From: Planctomycetota bacterium
Lineage (GTDB): Bacteria; Planctomycetota; UBA8108; UBA1146
NCBI GenBank assembly: GCA_036338595.1
Contig: JAYZBV010000073.1
Location: forward strand, 14,635 to 78,634
Direction: 5' to 3'
Length of the DNA stretch: 64,000 nucleotides
The translations under genes were made by a program, and so were the position numbers. Shown here one piece after another: positions 29,536-41,100 of this stretch (its first letter is position 1; the number at the start of each line of letters is the position of its first letter). Below the pieces are notes generated by a model. It saw nothing but the letters and a program-made list of their open reading frames with translations, ran no database searches and was not told where the DNA came from.

Positions 29536-30939
29536 ATGCAGCGCGAGGGAGCCCCTCGAGATGAGACGCCGGCGAAGATCCTCGTCGTCGATGATCAGGC
29601 TGCCCATGCCGAGATACTGGCGGAAGCGCTCGTCTCTGTCGGACATCAGTGCATCGTTGCAACCAGTGCTGATGCGGCGAAGGACCAGCTCCGCAAGGAG
29701 ACCGTTGATATCGTCATCACTGACCTCGTCCTCGGCGATCGGGATGGGCTCGATCTGATACGAGAGGCGCAATCGATTGATCCCTTCATCGCCGTAGTTG
29801 TGGTCACTGGGCATGGCACGGTCGAAACAGCAGTCGAGGCGATGCAACTGGGAGCCGTTGATTATCTGCGCAAGCCGGTTGATCTGACCGGACTCAGAAT
29901 CCGAGTCGAGCGCGCGCTAGAAGGCGCAGCCCTCAGACGTCGAGCGGATGAACTGGAAAGAGCGATCGATGATCGGTTTGGTTTTGAAGGAATCATCGGC
30001 TCCAGTCACGGCATGCATGCCATCGTCCAGAAGATGCAGCAGGTTGCGCAGACCGACGCATCGATCCTGATCCTGGGAGAGAGCGGAACAGGCAAGGAAC
30101 TCTTCGCAAAGGCGATTCACGCCAATAGTCGGCGCAAGGGAAATGTCTTTGTCCCGCTCAACTGCGCGGCACTTGGTGAAGGTGTTCTGGAAAGCGAACT
30201 CTTTGGCCACGAGCGAGGTGCGTTCACTGGCGCCTCGTCTCTTCGAAAAGGGCGATTCGAACATGCGGATTCTGGCACGCTGTTCCTCGACGAAGTTGGA
30301 GATATTCCTCCCTCGGTCCAGGTAAAACTACTTCGGGTACTCGAGGAAGGTGAAGTGGTTCGGATGGGATCCAATGATCCTGTGCCTACCGATGTGAGAC
30401 TGATCTGTGCCACTCATCGCAATCTACGCGAGCGGATAACGGAGGAGAAGTTCCGAGAGGATCTGTTCTATCGTATCAACGTGGTCACGATAGAGATTCC
30501 ACCTCTGAGGGATCGAACCGTTGATATTCCTCTGCTGGTCAGTCACTTTCTCGAGGATTATTCCCGTATTCACGACAAATCGATCGATGGCATCTCGCGC
30601 GAGGCGCTGCGTGTGCTGACGACATATCAATGGCCAGGAAATGTCCGTGAGTTGAAGAATGCCGTCGAGAACATGGTGGTCACCTCGCATGGATCGGTGC
30701 TCGAGGTGGTCGATTTACCGGGGCATATCTACCCGAGGGAATCGATGGCGACCACTCATGCCGTGGCGGTAGGGACCACCATCCAGGAGATGGAACGCGA
30801 TCTGATCTGCTCGACTCTCGAGTTCGTGCAGGGCAATCGGCGCAAGGCGGCGAAATCGCTGGGGATCGGTGAGCGAACCCTCTACCGCAAGATTCAGGAA
30901 TATGGACTCCGCCCCTCGGAGGAGGAGGCTGCCAAATAG
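29536..30939 (+). CDS. NtrC-family sigma54-dependent response regulator
   Basis: Receiver domain (LVVDD, ITDL, YLRKP); Walker A GESGTGKE; GAFTGA; FLDEVG; WPGNVREL; C-terminal Fis-type HTH. Confidence 0.96.
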   Translation: MQREGAPRDETPAKILVVDDQAAHAEILAEALVSVGHQCIVATSADAAKDQLRKETVDIVITDLVLGDRDGLDLIREAQSIDPFIAVVVVTGHGTVETAVEAMQLGAVDYLRKPVDLTGLRIRVERALEGAALRRRADELERAIDDRFGFEGIIGSSHGMHAIVQKMQQVAQTDASILILGESGTGKELFAKAIHANSRRKGNVFVPLNCAALGEGVLESELFGHERGAFTGASSLRKGRFEHADSGTLFLDEVGDIPPSVQVKLLRVLEEGEVVRMGSNDPVPTDVRLICATHRNLRERITEEKFREDLFYRINVVTIEIPPLRDRTVDIPLLVSHFLEDYSRIHDKSIDGISREALRVLTTYQWPGNVRELKNAVENMVVTSHGSVLEVVDLPGHIYPRESMATTHAVAVGTTIQEMERDLICSTLEFVQGNRRKAAKSLGIGERTLYRKIQEYGLRPSEEEAAK

Positions 30940-30983
30940 GCAGTTTTTGTCAATTTTCCACAGCCTGGGTGTCATCCTGGCAG
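30929..30983. promoter_or_regulatory. Three imperfect inverted repeats, candidate activator (UAS) sites
   Basis: TGCCAAATAGGCA (30930-30942), TGTCAATTTTCCA (30948-30960), TGTCATCCTGGCA (30970-30982), about 90-140 bp upstream of the -24/-12 element. Confidence 0.45.
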
Positions 30984-31071
30984 ATTGCTCGCCGGTGAGT
31001 CGCCACCAAGACCCGGGTAAATCACCAATTCCTGCCATAATTGCGATAAATTGGGGTGTGTCTCATACAAT

Positions 31072-31086
31072 TGGAACAGGGTTTGC
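31072..31086 (+). promoter_or_regulatory. Sigma54 (-24/-12) promoter upstream of dnaK
   Basis: TGGAACAGGGTTTGC: GG and GC are exactly 10 nt apart, close to the TGGCACG-N4-TTGC consensus. Confidence 0.65.
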
Positions 31087-31158
31087 GATTTCTCCAGTGG
31101 AGCCAGGCCGGCTTCCTCGGTCCAGAACAGGGCCGGGCTTGCGAAGGGAGAAGAAGAA

Positions 31159-33093
31159 ATGAGCAAGATCATCGGAATCGACCTCGGGACCACCAACTCG
31201 GTGGTGTCGGTGATGGAGGGTGGAGAGCCCACCGTCATCCCGAACCGCGATGGCAATCGAGTGACGCCATCGGTTGTGGCCTTCACCGAGTCTGGAGACC
31301 GTCTCGTGGGGCAGACCGCCAAGCGCCAGGCGGTGACGAATCCTGAAAATACGGTTTTCTCCATCAAGCGCTTCATGGGCCGTCGTCACGGCGAGCTGGG
31401 CAAGAACGAGATGATGATCCCGTACGAGCTCACCGGAGGAGACGAAGACCTTGTCAAGGTCAAATTGATGGGCAAGGAGTACACGCCACCAGAACTCTCT
31501 GCGTTGATCCTCCAGGATCTCAAGAGCACTGCCGAGGACTACCTCGGGGTCGAGGTCACGGAAGCGGTCATCACGGTACCTGCATACTTCAATGACAGTC
31601 AGCGCCAGGCTACCAAGGACGCGGGCCGGATTGCTGGCCTGGATGTGAAACGCATCATCAACGAACCAACTGCAGCATCGCTGGGTTACGGTCTCGAAAA
31701 GAAGGGGTCCGAGAAGATCGTGATTTACGATCTGGGTGGAGGTACCTTTGATGTGTCGATACTTGAAGTGGACGATGGGATCTTCAAGGTCCTCTCCACC
31801 AATGGAGATACGCTACTCGGCGGTGACGACTTCGACGAGATCCTGATCCATCACATCGCCGATGAGTTCCAGAAGGAGCAAGGCATCGATCTTCGCAAGG
31901 ATCTGATGGCGTTGCAGCGCCTGAAGGAGGCGGCGGAGAAGGCGAAGTGCGAACTTTCCAACCGCGCCGAAACTGAGTTGAATCTGCCCTTCATCACGGC
32001 GGATGCCAGCGGTCCCAAGCACCTTCAGATGTCGATCACCCGCGCCACATTCGAGGAAAAGGCGAGGGAACTGATCGAGCGGACACAGCGCCCCTGTGAA
32101 CAGGCTCTCTCCGATGCGGGTCTGAGTCCAAGCCAGGTCGATACCGTGATCCTGGTCGGTGGTTCCACGAGAATCCCCGCGATCCAGGAGGTCGTGATCT
32201 CCATCTTTGGCAAGGAGCCGAACCGCTCGGTGAATCCAGACGAGGTCGTTGCCATGGGAGCTGCGATCCAGGGCGGCATTCTCGCTGGCGATGAGAAGTT
32301 GAATGACGTGCTGTTGCTCGATGTGACTCCACTGTCGCTGGGAATCGAGACCCTCGGCGGAGTGACGACGAAACTGATCGAACGGAACACCACGATCCCT
32401 CACCAGAAGAAACAGGTTTTCTCGACGGCAGCGGACAACCAACCTGCAGTCGACATCCATGTTCTTCAGGGGGAGAGAGAGCTGGCAACCGACAATCGCA
32501 CACTTGGAAAGTTTCAACTCGATGGGATTCCCGCCTCACCAAGGGGTGTTCCTCAGATCGAGGTTTCTTTCGATATCGATGCCAACGGAATCCTGGAGGT
32601 CTCTGCCAAGGACCTGGGTACCGGCAAGGAGCACAGCATCAAGATCCAGTCCTCTTCTGGCCTCAGTGAGGAAGAGGTCGAGTCGATGAGGCAGGATGCG
32701 GAGCGATTCGCGGACGAGGATAAAACGACCAGAGAACTGGTCGAGATCCGGAATGAGGCGGATCAGGCGTGTTACGCCACGGAATCGAGCCTCAAGGATC
32801 ATTCGGACAAGATGGAGAAGGACGAGGTCGAGAAGATCGAGAAGGCGCTCGCTGATCTGAAGGACGCCAAGGGTGCTCCCGATGCCACGCAAGAGTCGAT
32901 CCGGACTGCTCTCGACGCCCTCAACGAGGCATCTCATGATCTGGCCCGCCGGATCTACGAACAGGCCTCGGCGGATGGGGGAGACGCTGCCAGCAGCCAG
33001 CCAGCTGAGGGTGCCCCCGAGGCGGCCTCCGGGCCTGCTGCAGATGGCGATGAGCCGGTCGTGGACGCCAACTTCACCGTCAAGGAGGACTAG
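31159..33093 (+). CDS. dnaK: Chaperone DnaK (Hsp70)
   Basis: [50 protein letters not shown]. Confidence 0.99.
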   Translation: MSKIIGIDLGTTNSVVSVMEGGEPTVIPNRDGNRVTPSVVAFTESGDRLVGQTAKRQAVTNPENTVFSIKRFMGRRHGELGKNEMMIPYELTGGDEDLVKVKLMGKEYTPPELSALILQDLKSTAEDYLGVEVTEAVITVPAYFNDSQRQATKDAGRIAGLDVKRIINEPTAASLGYGLEKKGSEKIVIYDLGGGTFDVSILEVDDGIFKVLSTNGDTLLGGDDFDEILIHHIADEFQKEQGIDLRKDLMALQRLKEAAEKAKCELSNRAETELNLPFITADASGPKHLQMSITRATFEEKARELIERTQRPCEQALSDAGLSPSQVDTVILVGGSTRIPAIQEVVISIFGKEPNRSVNPDEVVAMGAAIQGGILAGDEKLNDVLLLDVTPLSLGIETLGGVTTKLIERNTTIPHQKKQVFSTAADNQPAVDIHVLQGERELATDNRTLGKFQLDGIPASPRGVPQIEVSFDIDANGILEVSAKDLGTGKEHSIKIQSSSGLSEEEVESMRQDAERFADEDKTTRELVEIRNEADQACYATESSLKDHSDKMEKDEVEKIEKALADLKDAKGAPDATQESIRTALDALNEASHDLARRIYEQASADGGDAASSQPAEGAPEAASGPAADGDEPVVDANFTVKED

Positions 33094-33124
33094 TTCTTCC
33101 ACGCTGACGACAGAAACATCCCGG

Positions 33125-33160
33125 GCGGCGCAGGCTATTCGATGGCCTGCGCCGCTTTTT
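33125..33160 (+). terminator. Intrinsic terminator after dnaK
   Basis: GCGGCGCAGGC...GCCTGCGCCGC followed by TTTTT. Confidence 0.88.
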
Positions 33161-33369
33161 CATCGAGGAACTGATGAGGGGCGTGATTCGTCGATACTAG
33201 AGGGAGCGATCGGTCCCCGCGCCTCATCGGCTCCTTCCGGAAGACCCGCCAGCATCTCAGATGAAGCCACAGACGGCCGTATCGGCAGGTTCAAGGCCAG
33301 ATTACCGGCCAGAACTTCTTTCCTAAAGAACCGAGTCCAGGAAGCCGAAGAACAGTGGTGGAGGACCAG

Positions 33370-35406
33370 ATGAACCAACACATCAATTTGTTCGAGTTGA
33401 TCTCGAAGAATCTCGAATCCGATCGTTACCGGGAACTCAACTGGACCGGTAGTTTTCATGACTATCTCCAGATTGCCTATGAGAACCCGGATGTTCTCCG
33501 GAGCTCCTTCCAGCGCGTATTCGACATGATCCGCGCAGCGGGTAGTGAAGCTTCTTCTCAACTCGATGTCAGAGACACCGTTCACTGGAAGTTCTTTGAC
33601 GATCCAGTGGGCGAGGGAAAGAACGCAGTCTTTGGACTCGATCTTCCGCTTCATCAACTCGTCAGTTTCTTCAAGTCAGCAGCCCAGGGCTATGGCACGG
33701 AGAAACGAGTGCTACTGCTCCATGGCCCGGTAGGCTCGGCGAAGAGCACCATCGTTAGCCTGTTGAAGCGTGGACTCGAGAGGTACTCGCGCACCCCTGA
33801 AGGAATCCTGTACACGTTCCAGTGGCAAGATGAGAAGGGCGATTGGGTCGATTCTCCGATGAACGAGGATCCCATCTACCTGGTTCCTGAAGAAGCGCGC
33901 CCAGAATTGATAGAGAGCATCCAGGCCACCGGAAAAGGCAATTACCCCATTCAGTTGCATGGCAGCCTGTGCCCATTCAGCCGCTGGTACTACAACCACT
34001 ACATGAAGAAGTACGATGGAGATTGGCACAAGGTGATCAACCATGTGCGGGTTCGTCGTGTTGTCATGAGTGAGGAAGACCGTGTCGGGATTGGCACCTT
34101 CCAGCCCAAAGATGAGAAGAACCAGGATTCGACCGAACTCACCGGTGATATCAACTACCGAAAAATAGCCGAATATGGATCGGAATCAGATCCTCGCGCA
34201 TTCAACTTCGACGGTGAGTTCAATGTCGCCAACCGTGGCATCATCGAGTTCATCGAGGTCTTGAAACTGGACGTTGCCTTCCTGTACGACCTGCTTGGGG
34301 CCAGTCAGGAGCAGAGCATCAAGCCGAAGCGCTTTGCGCAAACCTCGATAGACGAGGTGATCATCGGGCATACCAATGAGCCCGAGTACCGCAAGCTTCA
34401 GAGCAACGAATTGATGGAAGCGTTCCGCGATCGAACCGTGAAAATCGACATTCCATACAACACGACGCTCCAGGACGAGGTGCGCATATACCGCAAGGAT
34501 TACTCGCGGGAAAAGATGACAAAGCATATCGCCCCCCACACCCTCGAGGTGTGCGCGATGTGGGCTGTCCTGACACGCCTCGAAGAGCCGAAGAACGCTC
34601 AGATCACACTGGCGCAGAAGATGAGCCTCTACGACGGCAAGAATGTGTCGGGGTTCACGGAAGAAAACGTCAAGGAACTGCGCGACGAGTCGGTGCGTGA
34701 AGGTCTCGAAGGGATCTCCCCTCGTTACATCCAGGACAAGATCTCCAATGCGCTGGTTTCCGATTACAACTATGTAAACCCGTTCATGGTCCTCAATGAG
34801 ATCGACGAGGGGCTGAAGCACCACAGTCTGATATCGAGTGAAGAGACCAGATCTCGATACAGAGAGATTCTTTCGGTGGTCAAGTCAGAGTACGAGGACA
34901 TCGTGAAAAACGAGGTTCAGAGGGCCATCAGCGCCGACGAAGAAGCGATTCAGAAGCTCTGCTCCAACTACATCGATAATGTCAAGGCGTACACACAGCG
35001 AGAAAAGGTGCGCAATCCCTACACCGGCCAGTCGGAAGATCCTGATGAGCGATTGTTACGCTCCATCGAGGAGAAGATTGAAATCCCGGAGAGCCGCAAG
35101 GATGACTTTCGCAGAGAGATCATGAATTACATCGGTGCACTGGCAGTCGACCAGAAACAGTTTGATTACACAACCAACGCAAGGTTGCAAAAAGCCCTCG
35201 AGATGAAGCTGTTCGAGGACAAGAAAGACACCATCAAGCTGACCTCGGTCATCTCTGACGTGGTGGACAAGGACTCCCAGGCGAAGATTGATGTCGTGAA
35301 GACACGCCTGATAGAACAATTCGGATACAACGAAGACAGTTCTACAGATGTCCTGAACTATGTGGCCAGCATCTTTGCCCGCGGTGACACAAAGGGTATC
35401 GAATAG
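33370..35406 (+). CDS. prkA: PrkA/YeaG-family AAA+ ATPase (annotated serine protein kinase)
   Basis: [46 protein letters not shown]. Confidence 0.93.
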   Translation: MNQHINLFELISKNLESDRYRELNWTGSFHDYLQIAYENPDVLRSSFQRVFDMIRAAGSEASSQLDVRDTVHWKFFDDPVGEGKNAVFGLDLPLHQLVSFFKSAAQGYGTEKRVLLLHGPVGSAKSTIVSLLKRGLERYSRTPEGILYTFQWQDEKGDWVDSPMNEDPIYLVPEEARPELIESIQATGKGNYPIQLHGSLCPFSRWYYNHYMKKYDGDWHKVINHVRVRRVVMSEEDRVGIGTFQPKDEKNQDSTELTGDINYRKIAEYGSESDPRAFNFDGEFNVANRGIIEFIEVLKLDVAFLYDLLGASQEQSIKPKRFAQTSIDEVIIGHTNEPEYRKLQSNELMEAFRDRTVKIDIPYNTTLQDEVRIYRKDYSREKMTKHIAPHTLEVCAMWAVLTRLEEPKNAQITLAQKMSLYDGKNVSGFTEENVKELRDESVREGLEGISPRYIQDKISNALVSDYNYVNPFMVLNEIDEGLKHHSLISSEETRSRYREILSVVKSEYEDIVKNEVQRAISADEEAIQKLCSNYIDNVKAYTQREKVRNPYTGQSEDPDERLLRSIEEKIEIPESRKDDFRREIMNYIGALAVDQKQFDYTTNARLQKALEMKLFEDKKDTIKLTSVISDVVDKDSQAKIDVVKTRLIEQFGYNEDSSTDVLNYVASIFARGDTKGIE

Positions 35407-35422
35407 GCTGGGGGGATCCATC

Positions 35423-36523
35423 GTGCGAAAGATAGATCCAGATACCAATCGGTTTCGGAACATCGTTCGCGGCAAGATCAGGGAAAATCTGAAACAGTAC
35501 ATCTCTCAGGGCGAGCTGCTTGCTCGCCAGGGTAAGAGTATTGTGAGCGTTCCCTTGCCGCAAATCGATATCCCCAACTTCAGGTTCGGCTCAGCCGATC
35601 AAGATGGAGTTGGACTTGGAGAGGGCGAGGAGGGGCAGCCGATCGGTGGCGAGCAAGCGCTGCCGGGCCCGGAGGCGGGAGACCAGCCAGGAGAACACAT
35701 CCTGGAAGTGGACGTATCTCTCGAGGAACTCGCCGAGATTCTCGGTGAGGAACTGGAACTACCGAGGATCGAGCCACGCGGTACCGAATCGATCGAGGTC
35801 GAGAAGGACCGCTACACCGGAATCAACCGCACGGGACCCGAGTCACTTCGCCACTTCCGCCGCACCTTCAAGGCAGCATTGAGGCGCCAGATAGCCAGCG
35901 GCTCATACGATGTGAAAAACCCAAATGTCGTTCCAATTCGTGAGGATCGAAGATACCGCTCCTGGAACACCAAGAAGGTTCCCCAGTCGAATGCCGTGAT
36001 CATCTACATGATGGATGTGTCCGGTTCGATGGGGAATGAACAGAAGGACATCGTGAGGATCGAATCATTCTGGCTCGATACCTGGCTCCGAAGCCAGTAC
36101 GAGAATCTTGAGACGAGATACATCATCCACGATGCCCAGGCAAAACTTGTTGATTCGCACACGTTTTTCCATGTCCGTGAGTCTGGTGGAACGAAGATCT
36201 CCAGTGCTTACAACCTGGCGAAGGAACTGATCCAGAAGGAGTTCTCTCCTCAGGAATGGAATATTTACCCGTTCCACTTCTCCGATGGAGACAACTGGGG
36301 AGGCGATGACACAGCTCATTGCCTCAAGCTGCTCGAGGAAGATCTGATCCCTGCAAGTAATGTTTTCTGTTACGGCCAGGTCAAGAGCGCGTACGGAAGC
36401 GGACAGTTCATCAAGGACCTGCGAGAGGGAGTGGGGCAAAACGACAAGATGTTGCTGTCCGAGATCAACTCTCGTGATGAGATCTTACCTTCGATAAAAA
36501 CTTTCCTCGGAAAGGGCTGTTGA
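35423..36523 (+). CDS. yeaH: YeaH/YhbH (DUF444) vWA-like protein
   Basis: [13 protein letters not shown]-like motif, [25 protein letters not shown]. Confidence 0.92.
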   Translation: MRKIDPDTNRFRNIVRGKIRENLKQYISQGELLARQGKSIVSVPLPQIDIPNFRFGSADQDGVGLGEGEEGQPIGGEQALPGPEAGDQPGEHILEVDVSLEELAEILGEELELPRIEPRGTESIEVEKDRYTGINRTGPESLRHFRRTFKAALRRQIASGSYDVKNPNVVPIREDRRYRSWNTKKVPQSNAVIIYMMDVSGSMGNEQKDIVRIESFWLDTWLRSQYENLETRYIIHDAQAKLVDSHTFFHVRESGGTKISSAYNLAKELIQKEFSPQEWNIYPFHFSDGDNWGGDDTAHCLKLLEEDLIPASNVFCYGQVKSAYGSGQFIKDLREGVGQNDKMLLSEINSRDEILPSIKTFLGKGC

Positions 36524-36524
36524 G

Positions 36525-38021
36525 ATGCTGCAGAATAGTGCTCTCACACCGGAGATCGAGGAATGGCGCGGTATCATCCGTCAGCATGCGACCGACTGTG
36601 GCCTCGATTTTTTCGAGGTTCTCTATGAACTGGTTGATTACGACGAGATGAACATGATTGCAGCTTACGGTGGCTTTCCGGTGCGTTACCCGCACTGGCG
36701 CTGGGGGATGCAGTTCGAGGAATTGCAGAAACAGTACTCGTATGGTCTGGCGAAGATCTACGAACTTGTGATCAATAACGACCCCTGCTACGCGTACCTG
36801 ATGCGCTGCAACCCTCTGGTCGACCAGAAACTGGTGATGGCCCATGTATATGGGCACAGCGACTTCTTCAAGAATAATTGCTGGTTCACTCATACCAACC
36901 GCAAGATGGTGGACACGATCTCCAACCATGCGGTCAGAATCCGCAGGCACATCGACGAACACGGTCAAGATGCCGTCGAGGAATTCATCGATGTCTGTCT
37001 GTCGCTTGAAAACCTGATAGATCCACACCTGCCCTACTTCTCCTCCCCGGATGCCAGTTCCCAAGAAAATCATGAGGAAGCGAGTAATGGCACATCGCCA
37101 GCACGATTCTTGACGATGCCTTACATGGAAGAATTCGTCAATCCACCCGAAGTTCTCGCAAGGGAAAAAGAGGAAGTCCTCAATCGGATCGATGCCTCAC
37201 ATAAGTTTCCAGAACATGAGGAGCGCGATGTCCTTCGCTTCTTGCTGCATCACGGACAGTTGAGAAGTTGGCAGCGTGACGTGCTCTCGATTATCAGGGA
37301 AGAGGCCTACTACTTCATACCTCAGGGGATGACAAAGATCATGAATGAGGGTTGGGCATCGTTCTGGCACTCCAGGATGATGACGACAAAGATCCTCGAT
37401 TCATCGGAAGTGATTGACTATGCGGATCATCACTCAGGTACGCTGTGCTGTAACCCAGGGTCAATAAATCCATACAAACTGGGTATTGAATTGTTCCGGG
37501 ATATCGAGCAGCGCTGGGATTCCGGTCGCCATGGCAAGGAATGGGATACATGCGAGGACTTGCATGGCAAGACCGACTGGGATGATGGAAAGCACAGTGG
37601 TCTGGATAAGATCTTCGAGGTGCGACGCAGTCACAACGACATCACGTTCATCGATGAGTTTCTTACCGAGGAGTTTTGCGATCAGCACCGGCTGTTCAAC
37701 TACAAGTTTGATCGCCAGTTGGGACAATATGTTCTAGACGGCAGGGACTTTGCGACCATCAAGAGCACGTTCCTCGATCAACTCTCCAATTGTGGTAGGC
37801 CCCGGATACATGTCGAGGATGGAAATTACTGCAACAGGGGAGAACTGCTCCTTCAGCATGTCTGGTCGGGAACCCCGTTGAAACTCGATTATGCGCGCAG
37901 AACCCTGGAGAATTTATATCGGATCTGGGGCCGGCCGGTTCACATCGAGACGCAGGTCGACGGAAAGACCAAGATCCTCGGATACAATGGTTCTCGTCAC
38001 GATGAGCGAACCAACGTGTAA
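36525..38021 (+). CDS. spoVR: SpoVR/YcgB family protein
   Basis: YPHWRWG, IYELVINNDPCYAYL, HVYGHSDFFKNN, TKIMNEGWASFWH, NPYKLG. Confidence 0.93.
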   Translation: MLQNSALTPEIEEWRGIIRQHATDCGLDFFEVLYELVDYDEMNMIAAYGGFPVRYPHWRWGMQFEELQKQYSYGLAKIYELVINNDPCYAYLMRCNPLVDQKLVMAHVYGHSDFFKNNCWFTHTNRKMVDTISNHAVRIRRHIDEHGQDAVEEFIDVCLSLENLIDPHLPYFSSPDASSQENHEEASNGTSPARFLTMPYMEEFVNPPEVLAREKEEVLNRIDASHKFPEHEERDVLRFLLHHGQLRSWQRDVLSIIREEAYYFIPQGMTKIMNEGWASFWHSRMMTTKILDSSEVIDYADHHSGTLCCNPGSINPYKLGIELFRDIEQRWDSGRHGKEWDTCEDLHGKTDWDDGKHSGLDKIFEVRRSHNDITFIDEFLTEEFCDQHRLFNYKFDRQLGQYVLDGRDFATIKSTFLDQLSNCGRPRIHVEDGNYCNRGELLLQHVWSGTPLKLDYARRTLENLYRIWGRPVHIETQVDGKTKILGYNGSRHDERTNV

Positions 38022-38197
38022 TTGCCCCTGGGAGGCGTCACGGGTGCCCGAGTGGCGGTAATCCACCTATAAACCATACCCTTCTGGACGGCTCGACTTG
38101 AATCTCGAAGCCATCTCTTCGATGATGCAATGCGTAGGAGGCTGCCAGCGGGGATCGCCTCCTTCCTGCGTCATTGATCCCCTGGCCAGGAGTTCCG

Positions 38198-41100
38198 ATG
38201 CGTCCGGCACGGTTCGTCACCGCAGCTAGTCTTTTCGACGGCCACGATGCATCCATCAACATCATGCGCAGGGTTCTCCAGGATCAGGGAGCAGAGGTCA
38301 TCCATCTGGGCCACAACCGAAGCGCAGAGGAAATCGTAGACACGGCAATCCAGGAGGACGCCGATGCCATCGCCGTCTCTTCCTACCAGGGCGGGCATAA
38401 CGAGTTCTTTCGTTACATGAGGGATCTACTGGTCGAGAAAGGGTCGCCGTGGATTCGCATCTTTGGAGGTGGTGGCGGAGTAATCATCGAGGATGAGATC
38501 AACGCACTCCACGATTACGGGATCGATCGTATCTACTCCCCCGCAGATGGCCGTGAAATGGGCCTCGAAGGAATGATTCGCGACATGCTCAAGCGAGTCG
38601 GATCGGTCAATGGGATGGCGGAGCGTGGGGATGCGCTACCGCAGAGGATCACGCTTGTTGAGCTGGGAGAAGTTTTCGAGCCCAATAAAAAGCAGGTGCC
38701 CGTTGTTGGATTGACGGGAACTGGAGGTGCAGGTAAGTCTTCGCTCACTGATGAAGTCCTCAGGAGATTTCTGCAGGACTTTCCCGAACGAAGATTCGCA
38801 GTGATCACTGTTGATCCAACCAAGAGACGCACAGGAGGCGCACTGCTGGGGGATCGGATTCGCATCAACAGCGCTGACAATCCTCGCGCATATGTTCGAT
38901 CTCTGGCGACACGTTCGAGTGGAGTAGAAGTTCCCGAGACGATCCGTGGCGCAGTGGAGCAGGTTCAATCTGAAGGATTTGATCTGGTGCTGCTGGAGAC
39001 CTCCGGCATCGGTCAGGGCGATAGCCGCATCACCGACCTGGCGGATCTCTCCGTCTATGTCATGACTCCTGAGTACGGGGCAGCTTCTCAACTCGAGAAG
39101 ATCGACATGATTGATTTTGCAGACATCGTCATCCTCAACAAGTTCGATCGACCAGGAGCCCGGGATGCGATCAGGGATGTTCGAAAGCAATTTCGCAGGA
39201 GCCGTGGGATCTTCGATCCTGAGGTAAAAGATGAAGATCTGGCAGTGTTCGGGACCACCGCAAGTCACTTCAATGATGCCGGCGTCGAGAAGTTTTACGG
39301 CCATCTGCTCGCCACCTTGAGTGAGGCCGACGGTGAGAACTGGCTGATACAAAACGATAGAGTTTCAGTCGATGGCGCAGATCGCCCCGCCCCGATTCCT
39401 TCCGAGCGAGCGGGATACCTGCTTGAGATCGTCAGTGGAATCGCGGAGTACCACCGAGGTGTCGAGGACTCTGCCAGGATAGCCTCTGATGCCCAGGCGC
39501 TACTGCGCAGCGCAGAGTTGATTGAAGCGCAGAATCCGGAGGCGGGTGAACGTCTCAAGGAGATGGCGTTCACGATCAAGGGCTCGATCGATCCCAGAGT
39601 TCTGAAAATCCTGGAGGCCTGGCCAGAAGTGGCTGCTGCATATCGTGAAGAGGAACTGGTCTTCGGCGTCAGAGACAAAGAGATCCGAGAACCTCTACAC
39701 TTCGAATCGCTGTCGGGAAACAAGATCTCAAGGGTGGCGCTTCCTCGGCTGCAGGGTCAGGGAGATCTCACCCGCTGGCTGTTGAAGGAAAACCTGCCGG
39801 GACATTTCCCCTTCACGGCAGGAGTGTTTCCATTCCGCAGGCGCGATGAACATCCGAAGCGAATGTTTGCTGGTGAAGGACCGCCAGAGAAGACAAACGA
39901 GAGGTTCCATTATCTGTGTGAAGGTGAAGATGTACATCGACTCTCCACCGCTTTCGATTCGGTCACTCTGTATGGAGAGGATCCTGATCTTCGCCCTGAC
40001 ATCTATGGCAAGGTCGGAGAAAGTGGCGTCAGCATCTGCAATCTTGACGACATGAAGAAACTCTATGATGGATTTGATCTTTGCTCCCCGAGCACTTCGG
40101 TCTCGATGACGATCAATGGGCCAGCCCCGATGATTCTCGCGATGTATTTCAATGCCGCCTTCGATCAGCAGATCGACCAGTTCCGACAGAAAAATGGCAC
40201 AGAGCCATCTCAGGAGCAGTTGATAGAGATACAGCGCCATGTCCTACGCAGCGTCAGGGGGACAGTGCAGGCAGATATCCTCAAGGAGGATCAGGCGCAG
40301 AACACTTGCATCTTCAGCACCGATTTTGCACTTCGAATGATGGGAGACATCCAGCAGTTCTTCATCGAGGAGCAGGTCAGGAATTACTATTCCGTTTCCA
40401 TCAGTGGATATCATATCGCTGAGGCCGGGGCGAACCCCATCTCTCAACTGGCGTTCACCCTCGCCAATGGGTTTACCTATGTCGAGTACTACCTCTCCCG
40501 TGGCATGGAAATCGATGACTTCGCCAGGAACCTGTCCTTTTTCTTCTCCAACGGACTCGATGCGGAATACGCAGTTCTCGGCAGGGTTGCACGCAGAATC
40601 TGGGCCATTGCGATGCGAGATGTTTATGGTGCAAATGAACGAAGCCAGAAGTTGAAGTATCACATTCAAACGTCCGGCCGCTCGCTGCACGCCATGGAGA
40701 TCGACTTCAACGACATCCGAACGACGTTACAGGCATTGATGGCCTACTACGATCAGTGCAATTCGCTACACACGAACGCATTTGATGAAGCGATCACGAC
40801 CCCCACTCAGGATTCAGTCCGAAGGGCGATGGCGATCCAGCTCATCGTGGCCAAGGAACTGGGGCTGGCTCAGAATGACAATCCTATTCAGGGCGCCTTC
40901 ATCACCGATGAGTTGACTGAACTCGTCGAGGCAGCGGTGCTCGATGAGTTCCGTCGTTTGCATGAGAGAGGTGGAGTGCTGGGTGCGATGGAGCGTCAGT
41001 ACCAGCGATCGAGGATCCAGGAGGAGTCGCTCCTGTATGAGCACCGGAAGCAATCCGGAGACCTGCCGATCGTCGGCATCAATACATTTCTCAGACCCGA

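Noticed and set aside
30972..32517. Antisense ORFs over dnaK resembling 'NAD-specific glutamate dehydrogenase' entries
   Set aside because: A well-known shadow frame of hsp70 genes; the dnaK strand carries all the motifs.
33171..33250. CTGATGAG as a hammerhead ribozyme core
   Set aside because: No correctly placed GAAA or stem III, and the motif is itself paired in a stem.
38022..38197. Canonical cobalamin riboswitch before icmF
   Set aside because: B12-box and core motifs are not recognisable; only the generic pairing was kept as a finding.
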